A stretch of 56,613 nt of DNA from positions 1 through 56,613 of the IMG/VR virus record IMGVR_UViG_3300023106_000013; one strand, 5' to 3'. Under the pieces are notes generated by a model. The model had not been told where the DNA came from. It saw nothing but the letters and a program-made list of their open reading frames with translations, and did not search any database. This stretch comes from a virus (taxonomy: Duplodnaviria > Caudoviricetes). This document shows, piece by piece, positions 8,190 through 16,600 of the stretch. A program made the translations under genes and the position numbers. The stretch's first letter is position 1; every line of letters starts with the position of its first letter.

Positions 8190-10515
8190 TTGTCGGACCC
8201 TTTGGCTTCATGGCTGCAACCATAGCTGTCTGTCGCGCCTGTTCGGCCTGCTGATCTAGCTTGTCGTACTCAAGCTGCGTATCAATCGCCAACTCCTCGC
8301 GCTTGAACTGCTGTTCGGCTGCAAACCGCGCATCCTCAGAGATTTGACGCTGTGCCTCTAGGGCCGCTTCTGCATCGAGAGAAAGCTGCGTTGTTTGGAT
8401 ATCCGCGCCAAGCTGGGCCTCTTCACGCGCCACCGCAACCTGAGCATCCAACTGCTTGGCCTGCGCATTGCCCTCAGCCTTGATCTGTTCCTTCATGGCC
8501 TCAGTCTGGGGCTTAGAGGCAATCTCTTGCTCCTTGAGGCCAATCTCACGTTCGCGCAAGGCCATCTCGGCGGTCTTATACATGCCGTCCTGTTCGACCT
8601 TCTTAGTCTCAATCCCGACCATGGCCTTCTTGTACTCAGCCTCAGCGGCGTTCTTTTCCGCATCAGGGTTGGGCTGAGGAGGCGTGTTGCTCATCGTATC
8701 AATCCATTCATCAATAGACGACATGAGCGCACGGGGCGGGCGGTAAACGTCGAGATTCCACTTGAGGATTTCACCAGCAGCAGCCGAACCCCCACTCTGG
8801 ATCATCGGCATAAGCGCCTGCATGCCTGTAGCCAGAGCGGCAAGGAACTCATTGCGCATCTGCTTCTCGGCCATCTCATCGGGGTAGATCGTGGAATCTG
8901 TCTCGATATCGAAAATGAACGGGTCGGTCTTGGTATCGTTCAGAAGCTCTTTGACCATTTCAACGGTAACAGCAGCAGCGGATTTCTTCACCGCCTCAGT
9001 TGCCTCGGAAATGATCTGCTGTGTCTGCTGCTGGGCTTGCTGAGCGGCCTCTTGGGCCTTCTGAGGGTCTTGAGCGGCTAACTGCTCAATCTGCCCTTCA
9101 ATCTCATCGATCTGCTCTTTGGCCTTGGTTTCAATCTCTTTGATTTCGCGCTTCACTTCCGCATTGGTAGGAAGCTGCATTTGCGCCATCTTGAGAAGCG
9201 TATCGATATTGAACTCTTCAGCGAATATCTCAACCATGATGCGGCCTGCATCACGGGCAATGCGCTCTAGGCCCTTCACTCGGTCCCGGCTGCGGGCTGA
9301 TGTGTGCTGTACCTTGATCTGCTGAGCACCAAGCGTTTCGTTCGGGTCACTATCCCCGCGCTGAATATCAGCTACGCCAAGAAGCTCTTGAACGTTACCA
9401 ATAAGCTCACGGCGCTCCTCAACAGCAGCTAGGATGGTCTGTGCTACTTGGTCAATCGGGAGCCATTCAACCAGCGGGCCAGAGCCGGTGTTCATTGAAG
9501 CGATAGGCACGATGATAAAGCTGTCGCCCGAATGCTTTCGATAAGCAGCTTGAACGGCCTCGCCTAGATCGGAACCCGCAGCGGGAACAATACCCGCCAC
9601 AATTAGCTGTTCCGCAAGGTCATGGATTTTCTGGGTGAGGAGGTTGATCGTCTCAAGCTGGCCCTGGATATAAACCATGTCAGGCACAGGGACGAGGCTA
9701 CGGCGCTGGCGTGTGCCATAGGCAGGCTCAGGACATGGGAAGAATCCCTTGAGCTTCAGATGTGGCTCTTCACGTTCCAGAATGTCGGGAAGGCCATCGC
9801 AAATCCAGATGACCTTCTTTTCGTTGCGGTCCCAGATTTCCCATACAGCAGCTTTATTGACGGTATCTTTGACGCCGTTAGTGCTGGAATCTCTCGCCTG
9901 CTCAGTGCGCTTCTCAGTGTAGGTCGCATCATCTGCAACGCCTTCACCGAACCGATCACGCATTTCCTTCTTGGTCATCCAAGCGCGACGGGCAACCCAG
10001 CTAACCTCAGTCCACTTACGAACTGGATCATGCGCGAAATCATCGCGATCCAAGTCCTCAATGCAGACCTTTTCCTCTCCATCATCCTCGTAGCTTACCC
10101 AAAGCTGCCCACGCGAGTTGATCGCTAGATCATCACGGACGCCAAGCATGGAAGAATTGATGTTGGTTAGGTCGAACCCTGCAATTGCAGAACGCTCAAG
10201 CAATTCAGCCGTTACGCGCTTGACCGGCTTACGGTCCTGAAACTTTGTCGTTACAACCGGAATGGGCGGGCGGGAATAGATAGACGGCTTGATAACCTCC
10301 ATCGAAGCCCAGAACAGATCATACTCACGGTCTACAATCGCCATCTCTGTAAGCGTAATGCCAGATAGGCTTTGGAGGCCGGAGTAAACACGGTCGATCT
10401 GGTCGCACCGATGAAACCAGCGGTCAAATTCCTTGCGATAGCACTCAATGGCCTCCAGATAGGGAGCCGCTGATTTCGGATCGACGCTGTGAGGCTCGCT
10501 ATCGCCAAATGCCAT
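8179..10515 (-). CDS. Portal protein (strain A allele)
   Basis: 778 aa; portal-like motifs (VWEIWD, GFFPCPEP, DIETDSTI) and long C-terminal coiled-coil barrel; downstream of terminase. Confidence 0.88.
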   Translation of the reverse strand: MAFGDSEPHSVDPKSAAPYLEAIECYRKEFDRWFHRCDQIDRVYSGLQSLSGITLTEMAIVDREYDLFWASMEVIKPSIYSRPPIPVVTTKFQDRKPVKRVTAELLERSAIAGFDLTNINSSMLGVRDDLAINSRGQLWVSYEDDGEEKVCIEDLDRDDFAHDPVRKWTEVSWVARRAWMTKKEMRDRFGEGVADDATYTEKRTEQARDSSTNGVKDTVNKAAVWEIWDRNEKKVIWICDGLPDILEREEPHLKLKGFFPCPEPAYGTRQRRSLVPVPDMVYIQGQLETINLLTQKIHDLAEQLIVAGIVPAAGSDLGEAVQAAYRKHSGDSFIIVPIASMNTGSGPLVEWLPIDQVAQTILAAVEERRELIGNVQELLGVADIQRGDSDPNETLGAQQIKVQHTSARSRDRVKGLERIARDAGRIMVEIFAEEFNIDTLLKMAQMQLPTNAEVKREIKEIETKAKEQIDEIEGQIEQLAAQDPQKAQEAAQQAQQQTQQIISEATEAVKKSAAAVTVEMVKELLNDTKTDPFIFDIETDSTIYPDEMAEKQMRNEFLAALATGMQALMPMIQSGGSAAAGEILKWNLDVYRPPRALMSSIDEWIDTMSNTPPQPNPDAEKNAAEAEYKKAMVGIETKKVEQDGMYKTAEMALREREIGLKEQEIASKPQTEAMKEQIKAEGNAQAKQLDAQVAVAREEAQLGADIQTTQLSLDAEAALEAQRQISEDARFAAEQQFKREELAIDTQLEYDKLDQQAEQARQTAMVAAMKPKGPTNER

Positions 10516-11034
10516 TTACGCTGCAATCACGGCTGCGGTTGGAAGGCTGGTAGCAGATAAGCTGCCATTGGAGTTTGTCGCAGTGACGCGCACCCGAATG
10601 ACCTGACCAATCTGCCCAACAATGGGAGTATAGGTGTTAGCCGTTGCCCCGACGATATCAACGTTGTTCGCTGTCCACTGTCGAGCGTATGTGTTACCCG
10701 TTCCAGTGAACGTGCCCTGCGTACTCGTGAGAACCTGCCCAACCTGCGCCGTGCCCATGATCGTCGGGAGAACCGTATTGCGAGGAGTACTCACCGCCTT
10801 GGCAATTACGACTGCAACACCCGGAACAATCGACCCCTCAGCTAGCAGATCAGCCGATACGGTCCCCGCTGTAATGCCAGAGGCAAGGTTCAGCGCATCG
10901 AGAGGGACTAGGCCGCTTTCGAGCAGTCTGTTGATGTTCCCCGTACCGGCTGCGATCTGTCGTTGAATCTCTAGCCCTAGCTCAGCAGACACGCCAAGGG
11001 ATTGGAGGCTTTGGGCAAGGTCAAATACCGGCAT
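10516..11034 (-). CDS. Virion protein with C-terminal Ig-like domain
   Basis: PRNTVLPTIxGTAQVGQVLT...YARQW...YTP...IRVRVTATN; start fixed by comparison with copy 2 (172 aa). Confidence 0.7.
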   Translation of the reverse strand: MPVFDLAQSLQSLGVSAELGLEIQRQIAAGTGNINRLLESGLVPLDALNLASGITAGTVSADLLAEGSIVPGVAVVIAKAVSTPRNTVLPTIMGTAQVGQVLTSTQGTFTGTGNTYARQWTANNVDIVGATANTYTPIVGQIGQVIRVRVTATNSNGSLSATSLPTAAVIAA

Positions 11035-11093
11035 TGGTCCACCTATGTCGAACGATTGAATCCTTTTACCACGCGTTTGACGAACGAACAAGG

Positions 11094-11133
11094 CAAACAA
11101 AAGCCCCGTCACCGGGGGATGGCAACGGGGCTC
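11094..11133 (-). terminator. Intrinsic terminator
   Basis: - strand agccccgt...acggggct followed by tttgttt; conserved in copy 2. Confidence 0.7.
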
Positions 11134-11160
11134 TAGGAGGTCAAGAAGCAGAGGAGACGA

Positions 11161-11442
11161 TTACTTATCGTTCTTCTTCTCGTCCTTGTCAACGGGTTCA
11201 TCGGCGCTATCATCACCATGCGCGGCCTGTTCTGCAAAGCCGTACTGGTTTGGATTAAGCTCAACGTGGAACTTGCCCAGATTTGGCTTCTGTCCCTGTT
11301 GGTTCTTCATCCGCTTGTTGGCCTCGTCAGCTTCGTACTGCTCGACCTTGCGGCGGTCTGCGTCGGAAATGTCTGAGGGCAGTGTGGAAAGATCGCCGGG
11401 GATGTAGCCACCAGCTTTGAGGTCTTCGATGAACTTGGTCAT
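11161..11442 (-). CDS. Hypothetical protein (93 aa)
   Basis: Protein identical in both copies despite nucleotide changes. Confidence 0.8.
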   Translation of the reverse strand: MTKFIEDLKAGGYIPGDLSTLPSDISDADRRKVEQYEADEANKRMKNQQGQKPNLGKFHVELNPNQYGFAEQAAHGDDSADEPVDKDEKKNDK

Positions 11443-11473
11443 GACACAGTTCTCCTTGGGTTTGGGTAACGTC

Positions 11474-11713
11474 CTAGAAAGGAGTTAGTTCGATCACATC
11501 ATCAAACTCTGTCCATTGGTCGTAATGAGCTGGCAACAGAATACCGCCATCCCGCGAATAGAACCCTCCCTGCGATGTGATAGGCTTTCCCCCTATGTTC
11601 ATTTCATAGGGGTCTTTCCAGCTTACCCTATTAACCCTGAATGGGGACGAATTCTCACGCGCAATAATCATTCTGTCCTTTGGTGCAGACGACATTGACT
11701 TCCATTCGTTCAT
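11474..11713 (-). CDS. DUF551-like small protein (strain A only)
   Basis: EWKSMSSAPKD start; ATGA overlap with terL stop. Confidence 0.6.
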   Translation of the reverse strand: MNEWKSMSSAPKDRMIIARENSSPFRVNRVSWKDPYEMNIGGKPITSQGGFYSRDGGILLPAHYDQWTEFDDVIELTPF

Positions 11714-13290
11714 ATCCGTCTCCCGCCCTTCTTCGTTCTCTTGCGCTCTTCGTATGTTGGAACCCTGGATTTACCGTAGTTCTCAGGGGCTATGACTTCC
11801 GCTGGCGCTGGCAATGGCTTACCGGCCAGCATCCGGTCAATCAACTGACCAACCAACCCCAAGGCGTCAACCTGATCGTCATGGACGCCAACGGGGAAAC
11901 TCATCATCTCACTAATCAGGTCTGAGATAAAGGGCGCATCCTTGTGAATGTAGAGGCCACGCGTTGCAATCAACCCACGGAATGACTGCGCACGAATGGC
12001 CTTGTCGCCTCTGGTGGGGAACTGCTCTCTTGCCACGTAAGCCCCACGGCTAAGCTGCGCTCTGGTTAGGAATGGGCCAACGCCGGATTTGATCTGCCCT
12101 GTTTCCTCAGCCCAGCCTATCGGAGCCCATTTCAACACTAGATCACAGAACGCCTCAACCCATACATCAGAGCTTGCCTGCGCCCGCCATAGATCGAGGA
12201 GCCAAGGCTTCCCCTCTGGATCAAGGCCAACAGCCGCGTGGACCGTATAATCACCACCGTCGCTTGTCACAGCATAGTCAGAGCCGCCATAGACGCGCAT
12301 AGACGCTCTATCGGGCAGGCTGTCGGCTAGGTGTATCCATTCGCGTTTGAAATAGTCGCCGGTGTCGGGGGATGGACGCTGTTGAAACAAGGCCGACCAT
12401 GTGCGCGGCAATCTCTCAAACTTAGCCCAATGGCTTGCGGGAAACCACTCAGGCCAGATGTAATCGCCAATCTCACGGCCTAGAGGATCATCGGACCGCT
12501 CACACTTAGCCGCAAGGCAAATGACTTCCCAATCTTCACCATCACGGCCCCGGATAATGCCGCTCTCACCTGCATAGTTCTCCGGCAGGATTGAGCCGCT
12601 GAGGTCGCCATTGTGCCAGCGGGTGTTGATGATGATAAGCGATCCTCCAGGCTTGAGTCGCGTTAGAACGCTTTCCTCATACTCGGCAATGGTCCGCTCT
12701 CGAATAACCTCACTGTCCGCATCTTGACGGCCCTTGAACGGATCATCCACCACAACGCAGTCAGCTCGGTTGCCGGTAATGCCAGACAGAATACCGCCTG
12801 ACATATACTCAGAGCCATTGCCCAATGCCCACTCGTCAGCAGCAGAGCTTTCAGCGGACAAGCCAGTGCCGAACAGCGTGGTATATTTGGGCTGCTTGAT
12901 GATCGAGCGAGTTCGCCGCCCAAACTTGCGGGCCATGTCCGAACCGTAGGACACGCCAATCATGCGGTAGTTTGGTATCTTGCCCATGATCCATGAGGGA
13001 GCAACGACAGAGCCGTATGTGGACTTTGCACTACCGGGCGGCATGAGCAGCATGAGCCTGCCGTTGGGCTTCTCAATGCACCGCTGAATAGCGTCTAGGG
13101 CTAGGATGTGATGTTCAGCTAGTTCCGTCTCAACATGGGCGTTAGCCGTGTCGGAGTTTTCGTCTTGCTCGACTAGAGGCGCACCTGGAACATCAATGTA
13201 CCGTGCATACTCAGTTAAGCTGCGACGGGCTCGGCGGCGTCTCAGTAGCTCCTGCGCTGCTTCCTGCTGCGATGGCTTCAAGTTCATCAT
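11710..13290 (-). CDS. terL: Terminase large subunit
   Basis: Walker A MPPGSAKST, Walker B VVVDDP, NTRWH, nuclease acidic motifs GSDYA and HDDQVDA. Confidence 0.95.
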   Translation of the reverse strand: MMNLKPSQQEAAQELLRRRRARRSLTEYARYIDVPGAPLVEQDENSDTANAHVETELAEHHILALDAIQRCIEKPNGRLMLLMPPGSAKSTYGSVVAPSWIMGKIPNYRMIGVSYGSDMARKFGRRTRSIIKQPKYTTLFGTGLSAESSAADEWALGNGSEYMSGGILSGITGNRADCVVVDDPFKGRQDADSEVIRERTIAEYEESVLTRLKPGGSLIIINTRWHNGDLSGSILPENYAGESGIIRGRDGEDWEVICLAAKCERSDDPLGREIGDYIWPEWFPASHWAKFERLPRTWSALFQQRPSPDTGDYFKREWIHLADSLPDRASMRVYGGSDYAVTSDGGDYTVHAAVGLDPEGKPWLLDLWRAQASSDVWVEAFCDLVLKWAPIGWAEETGQIKSGVGPFLTRAQLSRGAYVAREQFPTRGDKAIRAQSFRGLIATRGLYIHKDAPFISDLISEMMSFPVGVHDDQVDALGLVGQLIDRMLAGKPLPAPAEVIAPENYGKSRVPTYEERKRTKKGGRRI

Positions 13291-13528
13291 CCGTTAGCGC
13301 ATTGAGCCGGGACTGAATAACGCCGCTCAACTCTACCTGCTGCATGGGCTTGCCGTCTACACGATCAGCCACTTCCTTGATGGCCCAGCTTTCACCCTCT
13401 AGTGCTTTGGATACAAGGACTTCTGCCACTTCACGCAGTTTAGTCTCACCCGTTGCGCCTTTGGCAGTGAGGGCGATGTTGAGCATGTTGGAGAAGCTGC
13501 GTTCTTTTGGAGGGCGACCACCAGCCAT
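13211..13528 (-). CDS. terS: Terminase small subunit
   Basis: GGRPP...LVSKALEGESWAIKEVADRVDGKPMQ...LTDDELEAIA; overlaps terL start. Confidence 0.75.
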   Translation of the reverse strand: MAGGRPPKERSFSNMLNIALTAKGATGETKLREVAEVLVSKALEGESWAIKEVADRVDGKPMQQVELSGVIQSRLNALTDDELEAIAAGSSAGATETPPSPSQLN

Positions 13529-13537
13529 TATTTAAAC

Positions 13538-13681
13538 TCACTTAACCTTTTGATCCATAAGTTGCGGCTTATGTAATTCGATGGCTTTCTTTACGATCAA
13601 TCTAGGCTCTCTGCCCTCTACGTGCAACATGGCTTCTTTGTCGATATCGCGGTCGGCTAGGTGCCATTCATCCGTGGTCAT
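13538..13681 (-). CDS. Small hypothetical protein (47 aa)
   Basis: MTTDEWHLADRDIDKEAMLHVEGREPRL...; ATGA coupling. Confidence 0.4.
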   Translation of the reverse strand: MTTDEWHLADRDIDKEAMLHVEGREPRLIVKKAIELHKPQLMDQKVK

Positions 13682-13875
13682 TTCTTCACCTGAGCAAGCG
13701 CCGCAAGAGCCATGGCCTTGGTTTCCTTATCTCCATCAAACGTCATACGACAGCTTGGGTGCCACAAATCGTCAATGTAAGACCCGAACACGATAGCATC
13801 TTCCTCAATGCGCTGTTCGTGCCTGATCACTGTTGCGCCACTCATCCATACGATAAATTTTTCATCAGCCATCAT
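13678..13875 (-). CDS. Hypothetical protein
   Basis: RBS aggagg before MMADEKF. Confidence 0.5.
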   Translation of the reverse strand: MMADEKFIVWMSGATVIRHEQRIEEDAIVFGSYIDDLWHPSCRMTFDGDKETKAMALAALAQVKK

Positions 13876-13876
13876 C

Positions 13877-14104
13877 TCATCCCTCCTTTGTCTGATTGAT
13901 CTTGGGGTTGGAGGCTCCAGCAAGGAATGGTCCAGAATAATATCGGGCTACAGCGCCTGATGGGTATTGCCAATTATCCCCAGAGCCGCCGCAGTCCTTG
14001 CATTCTTCAGGCTTCTTTACTCCGTAGCTCCAACACGGCACCTGTCCATGGCCATCGCACGTTTGGCATTTAATGGCCTTCCCGGTTATATCGCTCATGC
14101 TCAT
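13877..14104 (-). CDS. Small DnaJ-type Zn-finger protein
   Basis: CQTCDGHG and CKDCGGSG motifs. Confidence 0.6.
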   Translation of the reverse strand: MSMSDITGKAIKCQTCDGHGQVPCWSYGVKKPEECKDCGGSGDNWQYPSGAVARYYSGPFLAGASNPKINQTKEG

Positions 14105-14131
14105 TCTCTCTCTATTTGGGTAGTGATGGGG

Positions 14132-14293
14132 TTAGGTGCCTATCTTCTCGACTTGATATCCCAGTCCCTCTAAGCGCGGGATAAGGTCATTCTGATATTT
14201 GTCTCTGTCCAGTTTATTCCCAGACTCATCACGAGCAATCCAATAATATGGCGCTGCGTCCTCTCGCTTGATGGTGGCCTTCTTATCGCTCAT
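14132..14293 (-). CDS. Small hypothetical protein (53 aa)
   Basis: MSDKKATIKREDAAPYYWIARDESG...; RBS gaggag. Confidence 0.5.
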   Translation of the reverse strand: MSDKKATIKREDAAPYYWIARDESGNKLDRDKYQNDLIPRLEGLGYQVEKIGT

Positions 14294-14305
14294 CTCTGCT
14301 CTCCT

Positions 14306-14578
14306 CTATTGGTTGGCTTTGGAACGGATGGCGTCCGCTGCGGCGCAAGTTCCTGCTAACCAATGGGGCGTTTCGTGGTCATGCCGAACTGTCTCAGCTA
14401 TCTTAGCGCATTCCTCGTAAGCTTGGGAGCGGGCTTGGAGGATGGCATAGGAAATGTATTCATCAATCTCCCTCTCTATTTGAGAGGCATATGGCTCGCC
14501 TATTTTTGGGTCAAATATTGAAACCCTTGCTCCTAGCCACAACCGATCCACTTTCACACCATATGGCTTATTTTTCAT
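14306..14578 (-). CDS. Hypothetical protein
   Basis: YEECAKIAE...AADAIR motif common in phage accessory ORFs. Confidence 0.6.
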   Translation of the reverse strand: MKNKPYGVKVDRLWLGARVSIFDPKIGEPYASQIEREIDEYISYAILQARSQAYEECAKIAETVRHDHETPHWLAGTCAAADAIRSKANQ

Positions 14579-15101
14579 TCTTGTTTTCCCCTAGAGTGGC
14601 GATAAAGGCTTTGGCGGCATGCCATTCTGCTCGGCCTGCGTCTTCAGAGCAAACCCCTTCCAGCACCTTCACTGCTTCGGATAGACGGGCTTGGGATGCG
14701 TTAGCGCGGGTAACAGCGTGTTTCACGGCGAGCGGTAAGCCCTCAATCATTCCCGAGCTATCAGGTCCAAGATGGGCTGAACACTGGTGAATGCATCCAG
14801 CTTGTCGGTAGTTGGATTCTATTGCAAGATCACGCTCCTTCTCAAGGGTAGCGATACGTGCGGCTTGCTCCTCTATGAGGGTGTTGGAGGCGTCGTCTTG
14901 CTTCCGATCATTCCACGCCTGAGACGCAGCCAACTTCGATTCGCACCATCCTATTGGATAATTGTTTCTGCCATGACAGTGGCAATCAAGACAGAACACA
15001 TGCCATGCATAGAGCATGACGGGCTTATCTTCTGATTCGTCCTGCCTGAATACAAGGTCAGCCCCTCCGCAAAACGGGCACGGCTTTAGTTCCTCACTCA
15101 T
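14568..15101 (-). CDS. Lar (restriction alleviation)-family Zn-ribbon protein with C-terminal extension
   Basis: MSEELKPCPFCGG...CLDC...AASQAWNDR. Confidence 0.7.
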   Translation of the reverse strand: MSEELKPCPFCGGADLVFRQDESEDKPVMLYAWHVFCLDCHCHGRNNYPIGWCESKLAASQAWNDRKQDDASNTLIEEQAARIATLEKERDLAIESNYRQAGCIHQCSAHLGPDSSGMIEGLPLAVKHAVTRANASQARLSEAVKVLEGVCSEDAGRAEWHAAKAFIATLGENKNEK

Positions 15102-15547
15102 TCCTCGTTCCTCTCTTCTGTGGTGGTTTGGATAGAGGGCTTGGGACGACGAAGGATACCCCTGCGGTGTTCGCGCATATACTCGCGCATCCAAGCCTTC
15201 TTATCGAATTTGGGTGCCGGAGCTGGGGTCGAACCAGCGTTGATGGCGTCAAAGGCCACTGTCCTGCCATTAGACGATCCGGCATTAGTATCGACGGCCT
15301 CTATGCTTCCCACCGGTTTGACCCCTTTCGGGTCGGCCTGTTTCCCCGTCAACAGCGCCGTCGATTGTGTATGGACCTCTTTTCGAGGCGGCAATGCTGA
15401 CACATCACTCTTTGGCGTAACCGGCCTGTCAGGGCTTGGAGTGCCTATCCTAACTTTGGTGAGACGATCAGGCCTCCACCCGACTGGCTTCTTAGGGCAG
15501 TCGAGCCAATTATGGGCGGGGCTTTTGCAGTACTCACAATTCTTCAT
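15098..15547 (-). CDS. Zn-knuckle / basic-helix protein (149 aa) containing an in-frame tRNA
   Basis: CEYC-x4-H-x4-C N-terminus and FDKKAWMREYMREHRR C-terminal motif; homologous to 56240..56515. Confidence 0.7.
   Translation of the reverse strand: MKNCEYCKSPAHNWLDCPKKPVGWRPDRLTKVRIGTPSPDRPVTPKSDVSALPPRKEVHTQSTALLTGKQADPKGVKPVGSIEAVDTNAGSSNGRTVAFDAINAGSTPAPAPKFDKKAWMREYMREHRRGILRRPKPSIQTTTEERNEE
15211..15284 (-). tRNA. tRNA-Gln (anticodon TTG) with encoded CCA
   Basis: TGCCGGA TC GTC-TAATGGCAG-GAC A GTGGC-CTTTGAC-GCCAT CAAC GCTGG-TTCGACC-CCAGC TCCGGCA C CCA: full cloverleaf, 74 nt, U1-A72. Confidence 0.93.
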
Positions 15548-15583
15548 GTCCGTAAGAGTACACGAATCTTATGCGTAAGACAA
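15548..15583 (-). promoter_or_regulatory. Sigma70-like promoter for a leaderless mRNA with overlapping repeats
   Basis: TTGTCT-N17-TACTCT-N7-ATG; TCTTACG twice and pseudo-palindrome CTTACGCATAAG. Confidence 0.6.
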
Positions 15584-15589
15584 GAACTA

Positions 15590-15630
15590 TAAACAGAAAC
15601 CCCCGACATGATCAGTGCCGAGGGTTTCCG
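15590..15630 (-). terminator. Intrinsic terminator upstream of the tRNA-containing gene
   Basis: - strand gaaaccctcggca...tgtcgggggtttc followed by tgttt. Confidence 0.65.
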
Positions 15631-15699
15631 GGGGAGGAGATGAGCAGAACGCAAGAGGAGGGGCTTGCATCATCTTTATGCGTGGTTTGTTGGGTTAGG

Positions 15700-15903
15700 T
15701 CAAGTGGGCTTTGGAGGCAATGGAGGGCCGGAATATGGCAAAGGGCAGCTTTTCCCCACATCAGCAGCCTTTTCATCGGAGGTGAAGCTTTCTCGGGTTA
15801 TCCCGCATTCGTGCATTCCACCAGAATAGTAATGACAATGAGGGCAATCAGCGCACCTGTGGATGAAAGTCTGGATTACGCGGGCCGGGCTATATGCGCT
15901 CAT
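15700..15903 (-). CDS. Small Cys-rich protein
   Basis: CADCPHC...ECG...SCPL. Confidence 0.55.
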   Translation of the reverse strand: MSAYSPARVIQTFIHRCADCPHCHYYSGGMHECGITRESFTSDEKAADVGKSCPLPYSGPPLPPKPT

Positions 15904-16055
15904 TCTGTCTCGCCTTCTTGTTGGGATTTGGCTTTGGAGAGGGATTGGAGGCCTAGCCGAGCCCAATAAGCCTCACGCGCAATGCGCACCCACGGGGCAT
16001 AGTACCAGCCAAATATTCGCGCCCGGTCCTCGTCCGTCAGCTTCACCCCGCTCAC
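15900..16055 (-). CDS. Small hypothetical protein
   Basis: GTGA/ATGA coupled to both neighbours, RBS ggaga. Confidence 0.45.
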   Translation of the reverse strand: MSGVKLTDEDRARIFGWYYAPWVRIAREAYWARLGLQSLSKAKSQQEGETE

Positions 16056-16600
16056 TTCGTCTCTCCTTGAAGGGCGGCGGTTAGGACGGATCGAGCAAGC
16101 AGAGACGGAGGCCCAGCTACCCATGGCTCTGTTCGAAAAGACTGTTCAATGGTTGCATGAGCCGCATCCACCATCGCATCCGTTATCTCAATGGGGGCGG
16201 GGCGGGCGAATATAGATGTTGCGACCTTTCCGCAGTCGGCACCGCTCGCGTGGCAACGAGGGCAATATACGTCGCTGTCGTCACCGCCGCTGTCGGTCCC
16301 GCATGCCTCGGAAGAGCCCACCCACCCACATGTGTCGCATGAGGCCAAATAGTAGGGCTCGCGGACTTCAAACGACACGATTGGGCCGCTGTATTTTGCC
16401 ATCTGTTTGAGGTCTTCCAAGCGGTGTTCCTCAGGCGTCATCGCAGCCACTGCCTCACTCACCCCCGCTTGGCTGCGAAGGGATTGGAGTTCACGAAGGG
16501 CAATCAAAATGTCTGGTACATGCCCAGAATACGTTTCGCCCCATTCATCGATTTGACTTGCCACCCTCTCTAGCTGTTCGTTGCTAATGGTAGCCATCAC
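16052..16600 (-). CDS. Ead/Ea22-like accessory protein with Zn ribbon
   Basis: ELQSLR coil; CDTCGWVGSSEAC...CPRC; EITDAMVDAA motif. Confidence 0.6.
   Translation of the reverse strand: MMATISNEQLERVASQIDEWGETYSGHVPDILIALRELQSLRSQAGVSEAVAAMTPEEHRLEDLKQMAKYSGPIVSFEVREPYYLASCDTCGWVGSSEACGTDSGGDDSDVYCPRCHASGADCGKVATSIFARPAPIEITDAMVDAAHATIEQSFRTEPWVAGPPSLLARSVLTAALQGETK

Larger units (their letters stand above)
1..13270 (+). repeat. Copy 1 of a ~13.2-kb direct repeat (head/packaging module)
   Basis: Sequence at 1 (gaatgcggcctgagcagt) recurs at 43013; ORFs recur at offset 43,012; apparently identical ~1306-9168, diverged outside. Confidence 0.97.

Noticed and set aside
9475-9632. Diversity-generating retroelement explanation for portal variation
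   Set aside because: No reverse transcriptase or template repeat; changes are not adenine-specific and include indels
10516-11112. 198-aa extended start of the Ig-like protein
   Set aside because: Extension is broken by an indel in copy 2 and reaches into a terminator; ATG at 11034 preferred
1-13270. Physical terminal redundancy or long DTR
   Set aside because: Copies are diverged at both ends and have different gene content, which redundancy from a single genome cannot produce
15211-15284. tRNA as attP/attachment site
   Set aside because: No integrase recognised, no duplicated tRNA 3' end, and the tRNA is full length
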